Shown here piece after piece: positions 28,201 through 41,200 of a DNA stretch of 64,000 bases. The translations under genes and the position numbers were made by a program. The notes under the pieces were generated by a model that did not search any database, was not told where the DNA came from, and worked only from the letters and a program-made list of their open reading frames with translations. Each line of letters opens with the position of its first letter. Within the stretch, counting starts at the first letter, position 1. Origin of the DNA: the human T2T-CHM13v2.0 reference genome, Homo sapiens. Location: assembly GCF_009914755.1 (NCBI RefSeq), contig NC_060939.1. The stretch is one strand, 5' to 3'.

Positions 28201-29266
28201 TTTGATTCCATTCCATTCTATTCCATTCCGTACAGTTGCATTCCATTGGATTCCATTCTATATCTATAAATGCAACTCGAGACCATTGCTTTTGAGTCCA
28301 TTCTATATGATTCCATTCCATTCAAGTCCATTACATTTGGTTCAATTCCATTCCATTCCATTCCCTTCCATTCCATTCCATTTGATATCAATCCATTCGA
28401 TTCCATTCCATTCGAGCACAATCCATTCGAGTCCATTCCATTCGATGCCATTCCATTTGATTCTATTCCATAAGTCTCCATTCAATTCCATTAATCTCCA
28501 TTCCATTCCATTCTACTCCAACTGATTCCATTCCATTCTATTCCATTCCATTCCATTCCATTCCATTCGCTTCCATTCCATTCGTGTCCATTCCACTCCA
28601 GTCCATTCTGTTCGTGTCCATTCCATTCCAGTCCATTCTATTTGTGTCCACTGCATTCCATTCCACTCCATTCCATATTATTCCATTACACTCCATTCCA
28701 TTCTATTACTTTCATTTCCATTCAGTTCCATTCCATTTGATTCCATTCCACTCGGTTTCACTCCACTTGAGTCCATTCCATTCCATTCCATTCCATTCTG
28801 TTCCATTCCATTCCATTCCATTCCATTCCATTCCATTCCATTCGGTACCATTCCACATTGTTCCATTCGATTCCATTCGAATCCATTCCATTCCAGTCCA
28901 TTCCATTCGATTCCATTCCATTCCTTTCAATTCCATTCCATTCCATTCCATTCCACTTGATTCCACTCCATTCCCTTCCACTGCATTCCATTCAATTCCA
29001 TTCCATTGCATTGCATTCCATTCCATTGGATTGCATTCCATTCGATTCCATTCCATTCGAATCAATTACATAACAATCCATTACATTCGAGTCTGTTCTA
29101 TTCCGTTGCACTCGATTTCGTTCCAATCCATTCGATTCCATTCCATTCGATTCCATTCCATACTATTGCATTCCATTCGATTAAATTATATTCGAAAAAA
29201 TTCCATTCAAGACCATTTCTGTTGAGTCCATTCTACTTGAGTCCATTCCCTTTGATTCCATAACAT
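22267..29266 (+). repeat. Two ~3.5 kb units (3499, 3501 bp)
   Basis: Landmark at 22267, 25766 and 29267. KpnI at 25343 and 28844. Confidence 0.92.
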
Positions 29267-32200
29267 TTGAGTCCATTCAATTCCATTCCTTTCGTTTCCA
29301 TTCCATTTGATGCCATTCCATTCAATTCTGTTCTACTCGACTCCAATACATTCAATTCCATTCCATCCGATTCCATTACATTCTTTTCATTTCTTATCCA
29401 TTTCAAGCCATTCCATTCCATTCCATTCCACTCGTTTCCTTTCCATTCGAGTCCATTCCACTCCAGTCCATTCCATTCGAATCCATTTCACTCCAGTCCA
29501 TTCCATTCGAATCCGTTTCACTCCAGTCCATTAAATTCGAGTACATTCCATTCCATTCTATTCAATGCCATTCCATTCGATTCTATTCCATTCGACACCA
29601 TTCCTTTCCATTCCGTTCCATCCGATTCCATTCCATTATATTCCATTCAATTCCATTCCATTGCATTCCATTCGTTTCCATTCCATTCGAATTCATTCCA
29701 CTCAAGTCCATTCCATTCGAGTCCATTCCATTCGATATCATTCCATACTATTGCATTCCATTCGATTCCATTGTTTTCGAATAAATTCCAACCGAGACCA
29801 TTCCTTTCGTGTCCTTTCTATTTGACTGCATTCCATTTGAGTCCATTAAATTTCTGCACATTCCATTCCTTTCCATTCCATTCCATTCCATTCCTTTCGG
29901 TGCCATTCCATTCCACTCTACTCCATTCAAGTCCATTCCATTTGAGTCCATTCCATTGATTCGATGCCATTACATTCAATTCTATTCCATTCGAATCCAT
30001 TCCATTCCATTTCCTTCCAAACGATTCCATTCCATTCTATTACTTTCTATTCCAATCCATTCCATTCCGTTCCATTCGTTTCCATTCCATTCGAGTCCAC
30101 TCCGTTCCATTCCATTCCATTCGATTCCATTCCATTCCAGTCCATTCCATTCAAGTCCATTCCACTCCATTACATTCCATTCGATATCTTTTGATAACAC
30201 CCCATTCCATTCTGCTCCTTACAATTCAATTCAATTCCAGTCCATTTGATTCCATTCCATTTGATTACATTCCATTCGACTCCATTCCATTCGACTCTAT
30301 TCCATTCGAGTCCACTCCATTCCATTCCATTGCATTCCGTTCGAATCCCTATTCCATTCCATTTTGTTACTGTCCATTCCATTTGAGTCCATTCCATGCC
30401 AAACCATTCCATTCGATTCCATTCCAATAGATTCCATTGCACTCGAATCCAGTGCGTTCCATTCCATTGCTTTCCATTCTATTACATTCCATTGCATTAC
30501 ATTCCATTCCATTTGATTGCATTCCATTCAATTCCATTAATTTCGAATCAATTACATTGCAATCCATTGCATTCGAGTTCTATTCCAGTCCATTGCATTC
30601 CGGCGCATTCCGTTCCATTCCATTCCATTCGATTCCGTTCCATTCGAATCGATTGCATTGCAATGCATTACATTCGAGTCCGTTTTATTCCAGTCCAATC
30701 CATTCCGGTCCATTCCGTTCGATTCCATTCCATTCGATGCCACTCCATACTATTGTATTTCATTCGATTCCATTCTATTCAAATAAATTCCATTCGAGAC
30801 CATTCCTTTCATGTCCATTCTATTTGAGTCCATTCCATTCGAGTCCATTATATTTGGGTCCATTCCGTTCAATTGCATTGCAATCCATTCCATTCGATGT
30901 CACTCCATTCATTTCTATTCCATTAGAGTCCATGTCAATCGAGTGCATTCCATTCTATTCTATTCCACTCCATTCCATTCCATTCCACTCCATTCCATTC
31001 GTTGCCGTTCCATTCAATTCTATTATATTCCACTCCATTTAATTCCATTCCATTCCATTCCATTCCATTCTATCCAATTCCGTTCCATTCTATTCCTTTA
31101 AACTCCATTCCATTCCATTGCATTCCTTTCCATTCCATTCGAGTAAAGTCCACTCCAGTCCTTTCCATTCGAGTCCATTCCTCTCCAGTCCATTCCGTTC
31201 AATCCATTCATTTCCAGTCCATTCCATTCGAGTCCGTTCCATTCCAGTCCATTCCATTCGAGTCAATTCCATTCCATTCGATATCTTTCCATAACGATCC
31301 ATTCCATTCTATTCCTTTCGATTCCATTCAATTCCATTCCATTCTATTTCATTCCATTGGATTCCCTTCCATTGGACTTCTTTCCATTCGAGTGCATTCC
31401 ATTCCGTTCCATTTCTTTCTGTTCTGTATGATTCCTACCGTTCGATTTCATTTTGTTCCAGTCTATTCCTTTCAAGTCCATTCCATTCCATTTCACTCCA
31501 TTCGATTCCATTCCACTCGATTCCACTCCGTTCCATTTCATTGCATTGCATTCTATTCAATTCTATTGCATTCCATTCCATTCCATTTGATTACATTCCA
31601 TGCGATTCCATTCGAATTCGAATCAATTACATTGCAATCCATGACTATTGAGTCCGTTTTATTCCAGTCCACTCCATTCTGGTCCATTCCATTTGATTCC
31701 ATTCCATTCTATTCCATTCCGTACAGTTGCATTCCATTGGATTACATTCTATATCTATAAATGCAACTAGAGACCATTGCTTTTGAGTCCATTCTATATG
31801 ATTCCATTCCATTCAAGTCCATTACATTTGGTTCAATTCCATTCCATTTCATTCCCTTCCATTCCATTCCATTTGATATCAATCCATTCGATTCCATTCC
31901 ATTCGAGCACATTCCATTCGAGTCCATTCCATTCGATGCCATTCCATTTGATTCTATTCCATAAGTCTCCATTCAATTCCATTAATCTCCATTCCATTCC
32001 ATTCTACTCCAACTGATTCCATTCCATTCTATTCCTTTCCATTCCATTCCATTCCATTCTACTCCAACTGATTCCATTCCATTCTATTCCTTTCCATTCC
32101 ATTCCATTCGCTTCCATTCCATTCGTGTCCATTCCACTCCAGTCCATTCTGTTCGTGTCCATTCCATTCCAGTCCATTCCATTTGTGTCCACTGCATTCC

Positions 32201-35200
32201 ATTCCACTCCATTCCATATTATTCCATTACACTCCATTCCATTCTATTACTTTCATTTCCATTCAGTTCCATTCCATTTGATTCCATTCCACTCGGTTTC
32301 ACTCCATTTGAGTCCATTCCATTCCATTACATTCCATTCCATTCAGTTCCATTCCATTCTGTTCCATTCCATTCCATTCCATTCGTTACCATTCCATATT
32401 GTTCCATTCGATTCCATTCGAATCCATTCCATTCCAGTCCATTCCATTCGAGTCAATTCCATTCCATTCGATATCTTTCCATAACGATCCATTCCATTCT
32501 ATTCCTTTCGATTCCATTCAATTCCATTCCATTCTATTTCATTCCATTCGATTCCCTTCCATTGGTCTCCTTTCCTTTCGAGTGCATTCCATTCCGTTCC
32601 ATTTCTTTCTGTTCTGTATGATTCCTACCGTTCGATTTCATATTGTTCCAGTCTATTCCTTTCAAGTCCATTCCATTCCATTTCACTCCATTCGATTCCA
32701 TTCCACTCGATTCCACTCCGTTCCATTTCATTGCATTCCATTCTATTCAATTCTATTGCATTCCATTCCATTCCATTTGATTACATTCCATGCGATTCCA
32801 TTCGAATTCGAATCAATTACATTGCAATCCATTACTATTTAGTCCGTTTTATTCCAGTCCACTCCATTCTGGTCCATTCCATTTGATTCCATTCCATTCT
32901 ATTCCATTCCGTACAGTTGCATTCCATTGGATTCCATTCTATATCTATAAATGCAACTCGAGACCATTGCTTTTGAGTCCATTCTATATGATTCCATTCC
33001 ATTCAAGTCCATTACATTTGGTTCAATTCCATTCCATTCCATTCCCTTCCATTCCATTCCATTTGATATCAATCCATTCGATTCCATTCCATTCGAGCAC
33101 AATCCATTCGAGTCCATTCCATTCGATGCCATTCCATTTGATTCTATTCCATAAGTCTCCATTCAATTCCATTAATCTCCATTCCATTCCATTCTACTCC
33201 AGCTGATTCCATTCCATTCTATTCCTTTCCATTCCATTCCATTCCATTCCATTCGCTTCCATTCCATTCGTGTCCATTCCACTCCAGTCCATTCTGTTCG
33301 TGTCCATTCCATTCCAGTCCATTCCATTTGTGTCCACTGCATTCTATTCCACTCCATTCCATATTATTCCATTACACTCCATTCCATTCTATTACTTTCA
33401 TTTCCATTCAGTTCCATTCCATTTGATTCCATTCCACTCGGTTTCACTCCACTTGAGTCCATTCCATTCCATTCCATTCCATTCTGTTCCATTCCATTCC
33501 ATTCCATTCCATTCCATTCCATTCCATTCGGTACCATTCCATATTGTTCCATTCGATTCCATTCGAATCCATTCCATTCCAGTCCATTCCATTCGATTCC
33601 ATTCCATTCCTTTCAATTCCATTCCATTCCATTCCATTCCACTTGATTCCACTCCATTCCCTTCCACTGCATTCCATTCAATTCCATTCCATTGCATTGC
33701 ATTCCATTCCATTGGATTGCATTCCATTCGATTCCATTCCATTCGAATCAATTACATAGCAATCCATTACATTCGAGTCTGTTCTATTCCGTTGCACTCG
33801 ATTTCGTTCCAATCCATTCGATTCCATTCCATTCGATTCCATTCCATACTATTGCATTCCATTCGATTAAATTATATTCGAAAAAATTCCATTCAAGACC
33901 ATATCTGTTGAGTCCATTCTACTTGAGTCCATTCCCTTTGATTCCATAACATTTGAGTCCATTCAATTCCATTCCTTTCGTTTCCATTCCATTTGATGCC
34001 ATTCCATTCAATTCTGTTCTACTCGACTCCAATACATTCAATTCCATTCCATCCGATTCCATTACATTCTTTTCATTTCTTATCCATTTCAAGCCATTCC
34101 ATTCCATTCCATTCCACTCGTTTCCTTTCCATTCGAGTCCATTCCACTCCAGTCCATTCCATTCGAATCCATTTCACTCCAGTCCATTCCATTCGAATCC
34201 GTTTCACTCCAGTCCATTAAATTCGAGTACATTCCATTCCATTCTATTCAATGCCATTCCATTCGATTCTATTCCATTCGACACCATTCCTTTCCATTCC
34301 GTTCCATCCGATTCCATTCCATTATATTCCATTCAATTCCATTCCATTGCATTCCATTCGTTTCCATTCCATTCGAATTCATTCCACTCAAGTCCATTCC
34401 ATTCGAGTCCATTCCATTCGATATCATTCCATACTATTGCATTCCATTCGATTCCATTGTTTTCGAATAAATTCCAACCGAGACCATTCCTTTCGTGTCC
34501 TTTCTATTTGACTGCATTCCATTTGAGTCCATTAAATTTCTGCACATTCCATTCCTTTCCATTCCATTCCATTCCATTCCTTTCGGTGCCATTCCATTCC
34601 ACTCTACTCCATTCAAGTCCATTCCATTTGAGTCCATTCCATTGATTCGATGCCATTACATTCAATTCTATTCCATTCGAATCCATTCCATTCCATTTCC
34701 TTCCAAACGATTCCATTCCATTCTATTACTTTCTATTCCAATCCATTCCATTCCGTTCCATTCGTTTCCATTCCATTCGAGTCCACTCCGTTCCATTCCA
34801 TTCCATTCGATTCCATTCCATTCCAGTCCATTCCATTCAAGTCCATTCCACTCCATTACATTCCATTCGATATCTTTTGATAACACCCCATTCCATTCTG
34901 CTCCTTACAATTCAATTCAATTCCAGTCCATTTGATTCCATTCCATTTGATTACATTCCATTCGACTCCATTCCATTCGACTCTATTCCATTCGAGTCCA
35001 CTCCATTCCATTCCATTGCATTCCGTTCGAATCCCTATTCCATTCCATTTTGTTACTGTCCATTCCATTTGAGTCCATTCCATGCCAAACCATTCCATTC
35101 GATTCCATTCCAATAGATTCCATTGCACTCGAATCCAGTGCGTTCCATTCCATTGCTTTCCATTCTATTACATTCCATTGCATTACATTCCATTCCATTT

Positions 35201-38200
35201 GATTGCATTCCATTCAATTCCATTAATTTCGAATCAATTACATTGCAATCCATTGCATTCGAGTTCTATTCCAGTCCATTGCATTCCGGCGCATGCCGTT
35301 CCATTCCATTCCATTCGCTTCCGTTCCATTCGAATCGATTGCATTGCAATGCTTTACATTCGAGTCCGTTTTATTCCAGTCCAATCCATTCCGGTCCATT
35401 CCGTTCGATTCCATTCCATTCGATGCCACTCCATACTATTGTATTTCATTCGATTCCATTCTATTCAAATAAATTCCATTCGAGACCATTCCTTTCGAGT
35501 CCATTCTATTTGAGTCCATTCCATTCGAGTCCATTATATTTGGGTCCATTCCATTCAATTCCATTGCAATCCATTCCATTCGATGTCACTCCATTCATTT
35601 CTATTCCATTAGAGTCCATGTCATTCGAGTCCATTCCATTCTATTCTATTCCACTCCATTCCATTCCATTCCACTCCATTCCATTCGTTGCCGTTCCATT
35701 CAATTCTATTATATTCCACTCCATTTACTTCCATTCCATTCCATTCCATTCCATTCCATTCTATCCAATTCCGTTCCATTCTATTCCTTTAAAGTCCAAT
35801 CCATTCCATTCCATTCGTTTCCATTCCATTCGAGTAAAGTCCACTCCAGTCCTTTCCATTCGAGTCCATTCCTCTCCAGTCCATTCCGTTCAATCTATTC
35901 CATTCCAGTCCATTCCATTCGAGTCCGTTCCATTCCAGTCCATTCCATTCGAGTCAATTCCATTCCATTCGATATCTTTCCATAACGATCCATTCCATTC
36001 TATTCCTTTCGATTCCATTCAATTCCATTCTTTCTATTTCATTCCATTCGATTCCCTTCCATTGGACTCCTTTCCATTCGAGTGCATTCCATTCCGTTCC
36101 ATTTCTTTCTGTTCTGTATGATTCCTACCGTTCGATTTCACTTTGTTCCAGTCTATTCCTTTCAAGTGCATTCCATTCCATTTCACTCCATTCGATTCCA
36201 TTCCACTCGATTCCACTCCGTTCCATTTCACTGCATTCCATTCTATTCAATTCTATTGCATTCCATTCCATTCCATTTGATTACATTCCATGCGATTCCA
36301 TTCGAATTCGAATCAATTACATTGCAATCCATTACTATTGAGTCCGTTTTATTCCAGTCCACTCCATTCTGCTCCATTCCATTTGATTCCATTCCATTCT
36401 ATTCCATTCCGTACAGTTGCATTCCATTGGATTCCATTCTATATCTATAAATGCAACTTGAGACCATTGCTTTTGAGTCCATTCTATATGATTCCATTCC
36501 ATTCAAGTCCATTACATTTGGTTCAATTCCATTCCATTCCATTCCCTTCCATTCCAATCCATTTGATATCAATCCATACGATTCCATTCCATTCGAGCAC
36601 ATTCCATTCGAGTCCATTCCATTCGATGCCATTCCATTTGATTCTATTCCATAAGTCTCCATTCAATTCCATTAATCTCCATTCAATTCCATTCTACTCC
36701 AACTGATGCTATTCCATTCTATTACTTTCCATTCCATTACATTCCATTCCATTCCATTCGCTTCCATTCCATTCGTGTCCATTCCACTCCAGTCCATTCC
36801 TTTCGTGTCCATTCCATTCCACTCCATTCCATTTGTGTCCACTGCATTCCATTCCACTCCATTCCATATTATTCCATTACACTCCATTCCATTCTATTAC
36901 TTTCATTTCCATTCAGTTCCATTCCATTTGATTCCATTCCATTCGGTTTCACTCCATTTGAGTCCATTCCATTCCATTCCATTCCATTCTGTTCCATTCC
37001 ATTCCATTCCATTCCATTCCATTCCATTCGGTACCATTCCACATTGTTCCATTCGATTCCATTCGAATCCATTCCATTCCAGTCCATTCCATTCCATTTC
37101 ATTCCATTCCTTTCAATTCCATTCCATTCCATTCGATTCCACTTGATTCCACTCCATTCCCTTCCACTGCATTCCATTCGATTCCATTCCATTGCATTGC
37201 ATTCCATTCCATTGGATTGCATTCCATTCGATTCCATTCCATTCGAATCAATTACATAGCAATCCATTACATTCGAGTCTGTTCTATTCCGTTCCATTCG
37301 ATTTCGTTCCAATCCATTCGATTCCATTCCATTCGATTCCATTCCATACTATTGCATTCCATTCGATTAAATTATATTCGAATAAGTTCCATTCAAGACC
37401 ATTTCTGTTGAGTCCATTCTACTTGAGTCCATTCCCTTTGATCCGATAACATTTGAGTCCATTCAATTCCATTCCTTTCGTTTCCATTCCATTTGATGCC
37501 ATTCCATTCAATTCTGTTCTACTCGACTCCAATACATTCAATTCCATTCCATCCGATTCCATTACATTCTTTTCATTTCTTATCCATTTCAAGCCATTCC
37601 ATTCCATTCCATTCCACTCGTTTCCTTTCCATTCGAGTCCATTCCACTCCAGTCCATTCCATTCGAATCCATTTCACTCCAGTCCATTCCATTCGAATCC
37701 ATTTCACTCCAGTCCATTAAATTCGAGTACATTCCATTCCATTCTATTCAATGCCATTCCATTCGATTCTATTCCATTCGACACCATTCCTTTCCATTCC
37801 GTTCCATCCGATTCCATTCCATTGTATTCCATTCAATTCCATTCCATTGCATTCCATTGCATTCCATTCGTTTCCATTCCATTCGAATTCATTCCACTCA
37901 AGTCCATTACATTCGAGTCCATTCCATTCGATATCATTCCATACTATTGCATTCCATTCGATTCCATTGTTTTCGAATAAATTCCAACCGAGACCATTCC
38001 TTTCGTGTCCATTCTATTTGACTGCATTCCATTTGAGTCCATTAAATTTCTGCACATTCCATTCCTTTCCATTCCATTCCATTCCATTTCTTTCGGTGCC
38101 ATTCCATTCCACTCTACTCCATTCAAGGCCATTCCATTTGAGTCCATTCCATTGATTCGATGCCATTACATTCAATTCCATTCCATTCGACTCCATTCCA

Positions 38201-41200
38201 TTCCATTCCCTTCCAAACGATTCCATTCCATTCTATTACTTTCTATTCCAATCCATTCCATTCCGTTCCATTCGTTTCCATTCCATTCGAGTCCACTCCA
38301 TTCCAGTCCATTCCATTCGATTCCATTCCATTCCAGTCCATTCCATTCAAGTCCATTCCACTCCATTCCATTCCATTCGATATCTTTCGATAACACCCCA
38401 TTCCATTCTGCTCCTTACTATTCAATTCAATTCCATTCCATTTGATTCCATTCCATTTGATTACATTCCATTCGACTCCATTCCATTCGACTCTATTCCA
38501 TTCGAGTCCATTCCATTCCATTCCATTGCATTCCGTTCAAATCCCTATTCCATTCCATTTTGTTACTGTCCATTCCATTTGAGTCCATTCCATGCCAAAC
38601 CATTCCATTCGATTCCATTCCAATAGATTCCATTGCACTCGAATCCAGTGCGTTCCATTCCATTGCTTTCCATTCTATTACATTCCATTGCATTCCATTC
38701 CATTCCATTTGATTGCATTCCATTCAATTCCATTAATTTCGAATCAATTACATTGCAATCCATTGCATTCGAGTTCTATTCCAGTCCATTGCATTCCGGC
38801 GCATTCCGTTCCATTCCATTCCATTCGATTCCGTTCCATTCGAATCGATTGCATTGCAATGCTTTACATTCGAGTCCGTTTTATTCCAGTCCAATCCACT
38901 CCGGTCCATTCCGTTCGATTCCATTCCATTCGATGCCACTCCATACTACTGTATTTCATTCGATTCCATTCTATTCAAATAAATTCCATTCGAGACCATT
39001 CCTTTCGAGTCCATTCTATTTGAGTCCATTCCATTCGAGTCCACTATATTTGGGTCCATTCCATTCAATTCCATTGCAATCCATTCCATTCGATGTCACT
39101 CCATTCATTTCTATTCCATTAGAGTCCATGTCATTCGAGTCCATTCCATTCTATTCTATTCCACTCCATTCCATTCCATTCCACTCCATTCCATTCGTTG
39201 CCGTTCCATTCAATTCTATTATATTCCACTCCATTTAATTCCATTCCATTCCATTCCATTCCATTCTATCCAATTCCGTTCCATTCTATTCCTTTAAATT
39301 CCATTCCATTCCATTCCATTCGTTTCCATTCCATTCTAGTAAAGTCCACTCCAGTCCTTTCCATTCGAGTCCATTCCTCTCCAGTCCATTCCGTTCAATC
39401 CATTCCATTCCAGTCCATTCCATTCTAGTCCGTTCCATTCCAGTCCATTCCATTCGAGTCAATTCCATTCCATTCGATATCTTTCCATAACGATCCATTC
39501 CACTCTATTCCTTTCGATTCCATTCAATTCCATTCCATTCTATTTCATTCCATTCGATTCTCTTCCATTGGACTCCTTTCCATTCGAGTGCATTCCATTC
39601 CGTTCCATTTCTTTCTGTTCTGTATGATTCCTACCGTTCGATTTCATATTGTTCCAGTCTATTCCTTTCAAGTCCATTCCATTCCATTTCACTCCATTCG
39701 ATTCCATTCCACTCGATTCCACTCCGTTCCATTTCATTGCATTCCATTCTATTCAATTCTATTGCATTCCATTCCATTCCATTTGATTACATTCCATGCG
39801 ATTCCATTCGAATTCGAATCAATTACATTGCAATCCATTACTATTGAGTCCGTTTTATTCCAGTCCACTCCATTCTGGTCCATTCCATTTGATTCCATTC
39901 CATTCTATTCCATTCCGTACAGTTGCATTCCATTGGATTCCATTCTATATCTATAAATGCAACTCGAGACCATTGCTTTTGAGTCCATTCTATATGATTC
40001 CATTCCATTCAAGTCCATTACATTCGGTTCAATTCCATTCCATTCCATTCCCTTCCATTCCATTCCATTTGATATCAATCCATTCGATTCCATTCCATTC
40101 GAGCACATTCCATTCGAGTCCATTCCATTCGATGCCATTCCATTTGATTCTATTCCATAAGTCTCCATTCAATTCCATTAATCTCCATTCCATTCCATTC
40201 TACTCCAGCTGATTCCATTCCATTCTATTCCATTCCATTCCATTCCATTCCATTCGCTTCCATTCCATTCGTGTCCATTCCACTCCAGTCCATTCTGTTC
40301 GTGTCCATTCCATTCCAGTCCATTCTATTTGTGTCCACTGCATTCCATTCCACTCCATTCCATATTATTCCATTACACTCCATTCCATTCTATTACTTTC
40401 ATTTCCATTCAGTTCCATTCCATTTGATTCCATTCCACTCGGTTTCACTCCACTTGAGTCCATTCCATTCCATTCCATTCCATTCTGTTCCATTCCATTC
40501 CATTCCATTCCATTCCATTCCATTCCATTCGGTACCATTCCACATTGTTCCATTCGATTCCATTCGAATCCATTCCATTCCAGTCCATTCCATTCGATTC
40601 CATTCCATTCCTTTCAATTCCATTCCATTCCATTCCATTCCACTTGATTCCACTCCATTCCCTTCCACTGCATTCCATTCAATTCCATTCCATTGCATTG
40701 CATTCCATTCCATTGGATTGCATTCCATTCGATTCCATTCCATTCGAATCAATTACATAACAATCCATTACATTCGAGTCTGTTCTATTCCGTTGCACTC
40801 GATTTCGTTCCAATCCATTCGATTCCATTCCATTCGATTCCATTCCATACTATTGCATTCCATTCGATTAAATTATATTCGAAAAAATTCCATTCAAGAC
40901 CATTTCTGTTGAGTCCATTCTACTTGAGTCCATTCCCTTTGATTCCATAACATTTGAGTCCATTCAATTCCATTCCTTTCGTTTCCATTCCATTTGATGC
41001 CATTCCATTCAATTCTGTTCTACTCGACTCCAATACATTCAATTCCATTCCATCCGATTCCATTACATTCTTTTCATTTCTTATCCATTTCAAGCCATTC
41101 CATTCCATTCCATTCCACTCGTTTCCTTTCCATTCGAGTCCATTCCACTCCAGTCCATTCCATTCGAATCCATTTCACTCCAGTCCATTCCATTCGAATC

